From a virus: DNA of 49,574 bases. The notes beneath the pieces were generated by a model. That model worked only from the letters and a program-made list of their open reading frames with translations. It ran no database searches and was not told the origin of the DNA. The stretch is taken from IMG/VR virus record IMGVR_UViG_3300030320_000057, one strand, 5' to 3'. Below are positions 42,661-49,574 of this stretch, in pieces. The position numbers and the translations under genes were made by a program. Position 1 is the first letter of the stretch. Every line of letters begins with the position of its first letter.

Positions 42661-42804
42661 ATGATTTATGCAGGAACAGAGACCATAGAGACCTTGATGC
42701 TGGGAGAGATGGGGATTAAAACCATCATGGCTGGCAGCGAGAATGTTTATGAAAGGCCAGGGGCCTATGTATATATCCAACTTGACACAAAGGAGAGTCA
42801 GTAA
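42661..42804 (+). CDS. Small hypothetical protein (47 aa)
   Basis: Hand-translated. Its stop abuts the next ATG. Confidence 0.45.
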   Translation: MIYAGTETIETLMLGEMGIKTIMAGSENVYERPGAYVYIQLDTKESQ

Positions 42805-43467
42805 ATGGCAAGCTATTTTAACCTAACTCTTGATACCACCGCACCGTCTGGCCTGACACTGCAAATCAATGATGGGGCACTGTATGCGACCAGTACAGCG
42901 GTAAAGCTGACCATTGGAGTCAGCGACGAGCAGACCACCGGCTACCAGATGAAAATCTGGGGAATTAATGGTGTTGCGGAGGAAGAGTCCGCCAGCTGGG
43001 AGACCTTTGCCACCAGCAAGAGCGTCAACCTGACTTCTGGGGATGGCCTGAAGACTGTACATATCAAGGTCCGTGACGATGTGGGCAACGAGAGCGCCGA
43101 GGTGACGGATGATATCACTCTCAACACTACGGTTCCCGTGGTCACAGTCACCGGCCCGGACAAGAGCAAGATTTCCAAGATTGCGGGATTCAATCAGTCT
43201 GTTATCAACTTTACTTCCGATGTGGAGTTTGACGAGTACAAGGTTTGCGTGGTTCCTGCCAATTCCAGCGAGCAGGATGCGGGCACCCTGATCCCCACCA
43301 CTGGCGGCTCCATCAACACCAGCGGAAACGAGGGCAATTATCCCGCCACCACTAATATCCAGGTTACGATTAACGGAACCGATTTGGAGAGCGCGTCTAC
43401 CGGAGACGGCGTGAAGATTGTCAAGGTCTTCGTCAAGACTGCCGCAGGCATTTGGAGTGTGGCATAA
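42805..43467 (+). CDS. Ig-like/beta-rich structural protein
   Basis: AAGGAGAG RBS. LDTTAPSGLTLQIN is a Big-like pattern. Confidence 0.7.
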   Translation: MASYFNLTLDTTAPSGLTLQINDGALYATSTAVKLTIGVSDEQTTGYQMKIWGINGVAEEESASWETFATSKSVNLTSGDGLKTVHIKVRDDVGNESAEVTDDITLNTTVPVVTVTGPDKSKISKIAGFNQSVINFTSDVEFDEYKVCVVPANSSEQDAGTLIPTTGGSINTSGNEGNYPATTNIQVTINGTDLESASTGDGVKIVKVFVKTAAGIWSVA

Positions 43468-43841
43468 TGGCGGCCCCAAAGCTGACATTCTCTATTTCTG
43501 GAGAAAAGGTCTCCGCCGTGTCTGGCTTTGATTATATCATTGTGGCGTTTCAGTCAGATATTCCCTATCAGGCGTTTGAGTGCCGCGCTACGAAGGCTGG
43601 GGAGGAGTACGGCGTGGGGAAGGGGGCGCTGATCGCGTCCTTCTCCACCACCCCGGCGAACACACAGCGGAGTTTCGAGGTGTATGACGATTACCTTGTT
43701 CATGGAGACGGGAACTATCGAATTTCCCTCTTTGCACAGGGGGAAGACGGAAGCTGGAACGACAACTACTATTATATTCCTGTTGGCAGCACAGCCTACA
43801 TTACCGCCGATGGGGAGCCATATCTCTGCATGAGGGAGTGA
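43467..43841 (+). CDS. Hypothetical structural protein
   Basis: TAATG stop/start overlap. Confidence 0.65.
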   Translation: MAAPKLTFSISGEKVSAVSGFDYIIVAFQSDIPYQAFECRATKAGEEYGVGKGALIASFSTTPANTQRSFEVYDDYLVHGDGNYRISLFAQGEDGSWNDNYYYIPVGSTAYITADGEPYLCMRE

Positions 43842-43845
43842 TCAT

Positions 43846-44553
43846 ATGCCGACAACAGATGGATATAACGGGGCCTACACGGGACCGGAAATTGACAAGG
43901 GAATCGCAAGAGCGAATCAGGCCGTTACGGTTCCCGGAAGCGGAACGGCTTCTATGTCCGAAACCCTCGGCTCCGGCCCATACACGATTGAGTTTACGGA
44001 GGAGGCGGACCCGCAAGATGTAAGCGCCTCCGAGATCACTTATAACAACACGGAGTCTGGTATGGCGGCCACCAATACGCAAGAAGCCATCGACGAGCTT
44101 TTTCAATCTGTCAGTGAGGGCAAGTCCGTGATTGCCGCCGCAGTCACTGACAAGGGGGTTGAAACTGCGGCGACGGACAGCTTTACGGCAATGGCGCAGA
44201 AGATTGGACAGATATCGACCGGGGCAGAGATAGTTTATGGAACTTTCATTGGAAACGGAAGTAATTCCATTACAGTCCCGAGTTTGGCAGGGTATACCAA
44301 TGTTGCTGCAATCACCACTGCGCAAAGTAGAGAGCTTGCAAACAGAGAATTTTTGATAGTTTCGCTTTTTTATACAGACTCAGTAAAATTACTGGCATAT
44401 GCGTATAGAGCAGACAATTCTGCTGACCTTCGCCGATCATATATACATACTACAAACCTAACATACAACGCTCAAAACGGGCAAATTACAGGTGGCGGTT
44501 CTATGGTGTTTATAAATGGCGTCACTTATAACTATGTCGCCTGGAAATCATGA
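43846..44553 (+). CDS. Tail fibre / receptor-binding-like protein
   Basis: QEAIDELFQSVSEGKSVIAAAVTDKGVETAATDSFTAMAQKIGQI motif. The C-terminal half is AT-richer. Confidence 0.7.
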   Translation: MPTTDGYNGAYTGPEIDKGIARANQAVTVPGSGTASMSETLGSGPYTIEFTEEADPQDVSASEITYNNTESGMAATNTQEAIDELFQSVSEGKSVIAAAVTDKGVETAATDSFTAMAQKIGQISTGAEIVYGTFIGNGSNSITVPSLAGYTNVAAITTAQSRELANREFLIVSLFYTDSVKLLAYAYRADNSADLRRSYIHTTNLTYNAQNGQITGGGSMVFINGVTYNYVAWKS

Positions 44554-44564
44554 GGGGGTGAATC

Positions 44565-44957
44565 ATGGCACTCTACGTAAACGGAAAAAAAGTGGCCGGG
44601 ATTGGACTTCCCGGCAAATCAGCTTATCAGTATGCGGTTGATGGGGGATATACGGGGACGGAGGAAGAATTTCAGGAAGTACTCGCCAATGCGGGCGGAA
44701 AGCCGATGGGTCATGGTGTGACGCTTTCTGTGTCTGCATGGTCTGGAAATTCTCAGACAATCACTGTTCCAGGAGTACTTGCAGACGAGACAAAGCAGCT
44801 GATTCAGCCTGTGCCTGCTATTGCCTCGCAAGCCGCTTATCTCGCTGCCGGAATCCTCTGTACCGGACAAGCCGCTGATAGTCTTACCTTCACCTGCCAG
44901 ACGGTTCCGGAAGCGGATTTGACGGTGTATGTGGTAATGACTGATGTTAAAAGCTAA
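44565..44957 (+). CDS. Hypothetical structural protein
   Basis: GKSAYQYAVDGGYTGTEEEF, a motif common in fibre proteins. Confidence 0.65.
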   Translation: MALYVNGKKVAGIGLPGKSAYQYAVDGGYTGTEEEFQEVLANAGGKPMGHGVTLSVSAWSGNSQTITVPGVLADETKQLIQPVPAIASQAAYLAAGILCTGQAADSLTFTCQTVPEADLTVYVVMTDVKS

Positions 44958-44966
44958 GGAGGACAC

Positions 44967-45299
44967 ATGATTGCAAATCAGATGATACCTATTTCTTCCG
45001 CAAAAGCTGTGGTGGGAGTTGCAAAATTATCTGGCTCTCCCGCATCATCAATTTCTATTGCTGATTTAAAAGGTAAGGAAAATTTTGTGATCTTTCCGGC
45101 TTCTGGAACTTTCCAATCATCCTCCGGAAAAGCGCCCCTAGCAGACGCTTGCTGTATTAATGGGACTGTATGGGGGCATTATCCTGGCGTTAGTGCCTTA
45201 CAATCGGCTGATGTTACCTTTGATAAGAGTAATGGTGCAGTGACCATGTCAGGTAACGCCATGTTTGGCATCGGTCTTTATTATTATGTCGCGTGGTGA
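44967..45299 (+). CDS. Hypothetical protein
   Basis: AAGGAGGA RBS. 110 aa. Confidence 0.6.
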   Translation: MIANQMIPISSAKAVVGVAKLSGSPASSISIADLKGKENFVIFPASGTFQSSSGKAPLADACCINGTVWGHYPGVSALQSADVTFDKSNGAVTMSGNAMFGIGLYYYVAW

Positions 45300-45367
45300 T
45301 ACCTATATATTCCATAAAAAACATAGGTTTTTGCAGTAAAAGCAAGATCAAGTATGCGCGCCAAACC

Positions 45368-45562
45368 TTAAGGGTCCAGCGGCTTCCCGGTTTTCCAGTC
45401 CCGGCCTGGTTCATGAGCGACCCATGAAGTTTCCCCGCAAAAGGAACAGGGATGATGCCAGTCCCAAGAACCCCATATGGTGGAACCATCTGGCGGAGTG
45501 AAAGGGGCCATTCGTCCACACTTTGAGCAGATAACAATAACTTTATACAAATCCATATCCAT
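45368..45562 (-). CDS. Small zinc-ribbon protein (antisense)
   Basis: GAGGTG RBS 5 nt upstream. CSKCG...CSFCG. Confidence 0.55.
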   Translation of the reverse strand: MDMDLYKVIVICSKCGRMAPFTPPDGSTIWGSWDWHHPCSFCGETSWVAHEPGRDWKTGKPLDP

Positions 45563-45607
45563 ATCATCACCTCAAAAAGATTATACCACAGATAGGCGGT
45601 GCTGCCC

Positions 45608-45949
45608 ATGAGTAATGAAAAATGTATCATAGACCCACAGCGGGATTGTTTGGGCCTGCAAAAAGCGGATATGCTGGAAAAGCAGATAACGGAACTCCGA
45701 GAATCCGCGCGAGGGACTCATAAAGAGATGTTTGACCGCATTCGGGAGCTTGAAAAGGTAGAAGCCGCCCGGAACGAACAGTATAACAACATCATGAAAA
45801 AACTGGACAAGCTGATCGAGTGGCAGGAGACAGAACAGCAAAAGCCTGGAAGACAATGGAGCGATATTAAAAGCAAAGTGGTTGTTGCGGTGCTTTCCTC
45901 CATTTTGACAGCAGCGGCGCTTGCGGTTCTAAGCTTGATTGTTCCCTAA
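45608..45949 (+). CDS. XhlA-like lysis-associated membrane protein
   Basis: Coiled-coil N-terminus plus a C-terminal TM (VVVAVLSSILTAAALAVLSLIV). First gene of the lysis cassette, as in PBSX. Confidence 0.65.
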   Translation: MSNEKCIIDPQRDCLGLQKADMLEKQITELRESARGTHKEMFDRIRELEKVEAARNEQYNNIMKKLDKLIEWQETEQQKPGRQWSDIKSKVVVAVLSSILTAAALAVLSLIVP

Positions 45950-46004
45950 TCAACAGTTTGTTATCAACCGGCACAGCCGGAAATTTAGAAAGGAAGTATC
46001 TATC

Positions 46005-46595
46005 ATGAACAAGACCATCAACGACATCATTAACAATTACACCAGTGGCAAGACTCCCGTGGGGGACACCAACAAGGCACTGAAAGAGGCCGGTGCTGGA
46101 TTTTCCTTTCAGCCTGGAAAGAATGCCCTGACGGCTGAGGAGATCGCCGCCACCAAGGTCGGCGCCCGACCCAACGACGCCACAGGCTACGGCCTGATGT
46201 CCAGCGGCACCGGCACGATGGACAAGGTGCATGTCGTAAAGGGAAAGCTGCAGGGCGGCGCCGTCAACACCGTCGGCTCCGATGGTATGCCTAACGAGTG
46301 CGATATTGTCTATATTGGCGGTCAGGTGTGGCAGGTGTACGGTGACGAGCTGGGCAACCTTGCGCCTGAGAAGGCTCCCTGGTGGGCCTCCATGCACACC
46401 TTCACCGGCGCAGTGGCATGGCAAAAGGAAATCGACAAGTACATCCCCGAACAGGATATGGTGTACAACCGGCCCAAGTATCATGGCCAGGAAGTGGTGA
46501 AGGGCGCTCTGCGGTACATCTATGCCGAGGACGGGTCCTGCAAGTATCAGCCCAAGTCTATGGCGGACTACGACAAGGACCACGGGAGGGTTTAA
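46005..46595 (+). CDS. Hypothetical protein within the lysis cassette
   Basis: AAAGGAAG RBS. 196 aa, no TM. Confidence 0.7.
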   Translation: MNKTINDIINNYTSGKTPVGDTNKALKEAGAGFSFQPGKNALTAEEIAATKVGARPNDATGYGLMSSGTGTMDKVHVVKGKLQGGAVNTVGSDGMPNECDIVYIGGQVWQVYGDELGNLAPEKAPWWASMHTFTGAVAWQKEIDKYIPEQDMVYNRPKYHGQEVVKGALRYIYAEDGSCKYQPKSMADYDKDHGRV

Positions 46596-46598
46596 TCT

Positions 46599-46877
46599 AT
46601 GGATGTTTCTTCTCTCGGCATCACCGGTGTGGCGGCAATCACCGTCATTTGCCTGCTGATCGGGCAAGGCGTGAAGGCATCCGGGCTTGACAACAAGTGG
46701 ATTCCCATTGTCTGCGGAGTGTTTGGCGGCGTTCTGGGTGTTGCGGGCATGTTCATTATGCCAGAATTCCCCGCCACGGATTACATCACCGCCGCGGCTG
46801 TCGGCATCGTGTCTGGCCTGGCGGCTACCGGTGCAAATCAGGTTTTCAAGCAGCTGGGGAGTGGTGGAAATGCCTGA
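46599..46877 (+). CDS. Holin (Phage_holin_4_1-like)
   Basis: Two or three TM segments, KWIPIVCGVFGGVLGV and GLAATGANQVFKQL. Confidence 0.8.
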   Translation: MDVSSLGITGVAAITVICLLIGQGVKASGLDNKWIPIVCGVFGGVLGVAGMFIMPEFPATDYITAAAVGIVSGLAATGANQVFKQLGSGGNA

Positions 46878-48204
46878 CCATCTGGCGGTAACAATCCCCC
46901 TGACAGACATCCAGCGCATCCAGCTCTACATCAACACCGCTCGCCGGTCTCTCTCTCAAATTCAGAGGGAGACCGGGGCGGATTACATCCTCAACGGCAC
47001 GCTCTACAACATGAGCACGTTTGTACCTAATTGCCACTTGAAAGCAGATGGGAAGGTACTCTGCAAACCGGATTACACAGTCTTTGGCTACTCCTGGAAT
47101 GATGGGCCGGACATTTCTATGGACACGCTGCCAGACGCCTCTCAGCGCAATTATATCACTTGCACACCGCTGATTGTTTCCGGAAAGCCAGTCTCCAAAT
47201 TGATCTATGACGAGGGGCAGGGCGGCAAACGGGGACGCTCTGCCATTGGCGTCAAGGACGGCTCTCTGGCCCTGTACTGTACGAGGGACGGAGGGAGTAT
47301 GACCCGGACGCCGGAAGCGCTCAGGGACGATCTGACAGCGGCAGGATGGGATTCCGCGGTTATGCTGGATGGCGGCGGCTCTAGCCAGTGTTATTTCAAT
47401 GGAGCGGTCATCCAGAGCAGCAGGAACGTGCATGATTTGATTCTGGTCTATCTCAAGAAAGGGGAGACAACTGTGGAAAAGAAAAAGGTGGTCCTGGACC
47501 CGGGCCATGACGCGGGAAACCTCGCCAACAAAAGCCCGGACGGAACCTATTATGAGCATGAGTTTGCCCTGGACATGGGGAAACGCATTCAGAGCATCCT
47601 GGAGCGGCATAGCGTTGCCGTCACCATGACCAGGACTGGCGGCGGGGAAATCAGCCTTGCGCAGCGGTGTACGATTGCAAACGCCATCAAAGACCTGGAT
47701 TTGTTCGTGAGCCTGCACAGCAACGCCGCTGGAAATGGAGGCTGGTCCTCTGCCTCCGGTTGGAGCGCATATGTCTACAAGACCAGCGGGAGCGGCTATA
47801 AGGCGGCAAAGGATATCCTGGAGGCCGCCAAAGACGCCGGAATTACTGTCAGGTCTACACCGATTGTGACGGACTCGTCGCTGTATGTCTTGAAAGGCAC
47901 CGTGGCTCCGGCTGTTCTGATCGAGCATGGCTTCCACACCAATCAAACAGACACCGCAAATCTCAAAAATTCCGCATACCGGCAGAAACTGGCGGAAGCG
48001 GAAGCAAAGGGCGTCCTGAACTATTTGGGGATTGCCTGGAAGGAGGAAACTGTGGACAATCCTTCTGAAAGTGATCTGGCGGTCCAGTGGGTGCAGGAGA
48101 ACGGCATTATGCTGGGCAACACGAACGGCGACATGATGCTGGACCAGCCCGTTACCCGCAGACAGTTTGCCGTGATGCTGTACAGGTATCACAATTTGAA
48201 GTAA
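46870..48204 (+). CDS. Multidomain endolysin: phosphodiester glycosidase (DUF2233)-like + Amidase_3 + SLH-like domain
   Basis: N-terminus ...GRSAIGV...MLDGGGSS. Middle VVLDPGHD...SLHSNA...LIEHGFH (Amidase_3). C-terminus WVQENGIMLGNTNGDMMLDQPVTRRQFAVMLYRY (SLH-like). Confidence 0.88.
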   Translation: MPDHLAVTIPLTDIQRIQLYINTARRSLSQIQRETGADYILNGTLYNMSTFVPNCHLKADGKVLCKPDYTVFGYSWNDGPDISMDTLPDASQRNYITCTPLIVSGKPVSKLIYDEGQGGKRGRSAIGVKDGSLALYCTRDGGSMTRTPEALRDDLTAAGWDSAVMLDGGGSSQCYFNGAVIQSSRNVHDLILVYLKKGETTVEKKKVVLDPGHDAGNLANKSPDGTYYEHEFALDMGKRIQSILERHSVAVTMTRTGGGEISLAQRCTIANAIKDLDLFVSLHSNAAGNGGWSSASGWSAYVYKTSGSGYKAAKDILEAAKDAGITVRSTPIVTDSSLYVLKGTVAPAVLIEHGFHTNQTDTANLKNSAYRQKLAEAEAKGVLNYLGIAWKEETVDNPSESDLAVQWVQENGIMLGNTNGDMMLDQPVTRRQFAVMLYRYHNLK

Positions 48205-48218
48205 AAGGACGTGAACCA

Positions 48219-48464
48219 ATGAGCGCAAGAGTGAAATTACCACCACCGCTAGATAAACTCTTGCGCTCTCAAATGGAGACGGCTATTCGGGAAGCTAACC
48301 TGGGAAACGATGACACGGACATTGCTAAACGCTACTTGATTGATCAAATCCCGCAGATTGAGATTGCCGCGGAGTTTGGATGGGAGCGCTCTACGATCAG
48401 CCGCAGGATTTCAAGAATCCTTCTAAAAGTAGAAAACGCCGCAGATAAATTAAAATATTTTTGA
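48219..48464 (+). CDS. Sigma-70 region-4-like HTH protein
   Basis: IPQIEIAAEFGWERSTISRRISRIL. Confidence 0.65.
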   Translation: MSARVKLPPPLDKLLRSQMETAIREANLGNDDTDIAKRYLIDQIPQIEIAAEFGWERSTISRRISRILLKVENAADKLKYF

Positions 48465-48469
48465 AGAGG

Positions 48470-48503
48470 TCCGTGGAATCTTAAGATTCCACGGATTTTC
48501 TTT
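48470..48503 (+). terminator. Rho-independent terminator
   Basis: Perfect 11-bp stem tccgtggaatc/gattccacgga with loop ttaa, then TTTTCTTT. Confidence 0.9.
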
Positions 48504-48672
48504 GGCGAATAGAATACAATATTGCATAGTAGCGTATACTTTTTTATAAAGCCCAAAGGTACACAAATACTAGGGAAAATTTACAGTTTGATGTTGCATT
48601 TAATATTGGGAGATGATATGATTGGCACAGGAGGAAGCCAGTATAATTAAAAGGAGGAAAGGGGGCATTCAA

Positions 48673-48876
48673 ATGGCACTGTTGGCAGCACCTATTAAAA
48701 CGGCCTTTCGAATTGATGCAAAAGACGCTAAAATACTAACACAAAAAACGGATGCTGTTCTGAACGCCTTTCGAAAGGTGAGGAAAGCAGAAGCTGAAAG
48801 CGGAGATACCGTGCGACTGGAACAGCTGGATGCGCAAATTCGCATATTACAAGAGGAATGTGATTCTGGCAAATGA
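48673..48876 (+). CDS. Candidate antitoxin of the GNAT toxin pair
   Basis: AAGGAGGAAAGGGGG RBS. 67 aa. ATGA overlap with the GNAT gene. Confidence 0.6.
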   Translation: MALLAAPIKTAFRIDAKDAKILTQKTDAVLNAFRKVRKAEAESGDTVRLEQLDAQIRILQEECDSGK

Positions 48877-49382
48877 TTTGTCTATCTGCGACATCAGATG
48901 ACATCAGAGGGGTTTCCTTCAAATGTGGTCACAAAGAAATTGATAAGTATTTTGAAGAGAATTTGCTCACAGATAGTGACGCTGTTTCCTATTGCTTCTG
49001 GGCGGATGCCGATAAGAAAGAGCTTATAGGGATAGCGTCATTATCATGCAGCGGTATTATAGTTCATTCCCGGACAAGGTTTAATATTACTCCAGCTATT
49101 GAAGTTAAGATTTTTGCTATAGATGAGAGGTATCAACACCAGGTTTTCTTAACAGATGAATCCGGAGAACAACACTGGAGTGACTTGTGTCTATGCTATT
49201 TGATAATGGAGATATATAAAATTTCTGAGTCTGTATGCGGAGCAAGCCATGTTGTTTTATATTCTGTGCCAGAAGCTGTTTCATTTTACCAGCGAAACGG
49301 CTTTAATAAGTTTATAGGAGATATGGAGATGCCATCCAATATGTTTGTTGAAGGATGTACGCCCATGTTTCTGAATTTGTAG
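48873..49382 (+). CDS. GNAT-family acetyltransferase, TacT/KacT-like toxin candidate
   Basis: FKCGHKEIDKYFEENL..., AIEVKIFAIDERYQH and FYQRNGF are arranged as in TA-type GNAT toxins. AT-rich block. Confidence 0.7.
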   Translation: MICLSATSDDIRGVSFKCGHKEIDKYFEENLLTDSDAVSYCFWADADKKELIGIASLSCSGIIVHSRTRFNITPAIEVKIFAIDERYQHQVFLTDESGEQHWSDLCLCYLIMEIYKISESVCGASHVVLYSVPEAVSFYQRNGFNKFIGDMEMPSNMFVEGCTPMFLNL

Positions 49383-49475
49383 ATTTCAAGTTAACTATCA
49401 CATAACCTATATAGCCTTATCAGAAAAGGGAAGTGAGCCGTTTGTCACAACCAGACAGCTCATTATTCTTTTCAC

Positions 49476-49574
49476 ATAACTTCACACAACTCCCGCATGG
49501 ATGCCACCCATGCGGGGATTTTTTATGCGACAATAGAGACATGGAGGACGTGAGGATTCAAGGGCTGTACACGT
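49476..49574. repeat. Terminal direct repeat, copy B
   Basis: Exact 99-nt copy of 1-99. Confidence 0.95.
49492..49524 (+). terminator. Rho-independent terminator downstream of the GNAT toxin gene (same sequence as 17-49)
   Basis: Same hairpin plus T-run, about 110 nt after the stop at 49382. Confidence 0.8.

Noticed and set aside
42823-43488. 221-aa minus-strand ORF (with similar ones at 38269-38907 and 27549-27995).
   Set aside because: They are antisense to structural genes that sit in an unbroken, translationally coupled rightward operon. They have no RBS and no recognisable domains.
45301-45332. Possible bidirectional terminator between 44967-45299 (+) and 45368-45562 (-).
   Set aside because: It has only a 6-bp stem (acctat/ataggt) with a 16-nt loop. 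That is too weak to annotate confidently.
45867-48246. Two very long minus-strand ORFs (45867-46919, 350 aa; 46846-48246, 466 aa).
   Set aside because: They are antisense shadows of the GC-rich lysis genes. They have Arg/Gly/Pro/His-rich low-complexity composition, no RBS and no recognisable domains. The plus-strand genes have clear holin and amidase motifs.
1-49574. CRISPR arrays, diversity-generating retroelement, transposases or IS elements.
   Set aside because: I noticed no regularly spaced direct repeats, no reverse transcriptase or transposase-like ORF, and no TR/VR-type repeat pair.

Overview
The window is a complete, circularly closed temperate siphovirus-like phage genome. Bases 1-99 are repeated exactly at 49476-49574, so the unique length is 49,475 bp. 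The host is probably a Clostridia-class Firmicute; this is an inference from AGGAGG-type RBSs, an SLH-domain endolysin, PBSX/A118-like structural genes and a large serine integrase.

Module map:
- 66-3733: terminator-bounded cargo operon of low-complexity or secreted-looking proteins.
- 3835-8278 (minus strand): lysogeny module. It contains a serine integrase, a membrane-anchored XRE regulator, a lipoprotein, and a TPR-like / HTH / DUF2513 operon.
- 8357-8682: genetic-switch region with a 16-bp perfect inverted repeat. It also holds a short leftward transcription unit bounded by a promoter and a terminator.
- 8683-21170: early, replication and anti-restriction genes. These include a Sak4-like ATPase, a PD-(D/E)xK nuclease, a DUF669 SSB, a DnaD-like protein, a G39P-like loader, a resolvase, Lar, a methyltransferase and many zinc-ribbon ORFs.
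- 21171-22273: ORF-free, helix-dense region of about 1.1 kb carrying two atypical tRNA-like elements. I read it as a candidate large structured ncRNA.
- 22274-45299: packaging, head and tail genes.
- 45608-48204: lysis cassette.
- 48219-48464: a sigma-70 region-4-like HTH gene.
- 48673-49382: GNAT-type toxin-antitoxin pair.

Most notable:
1. The candidate giant ncRNA with its tRNA-like modules.
2. A head-morphogenesis (MuF/minor-capsid) gene split by an antisense HNH-AP2 homing endonuclease. It also has an in-frame TAG inside its most conserved motif, and it ends in a toxin-like domain followed by a candidate immunity gene.
3. The inverted-repeat switch region.
4. The uncharacterised cargo operon.

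All functional calls come from motif recognition by eye and memory of protein families. No searches were run.
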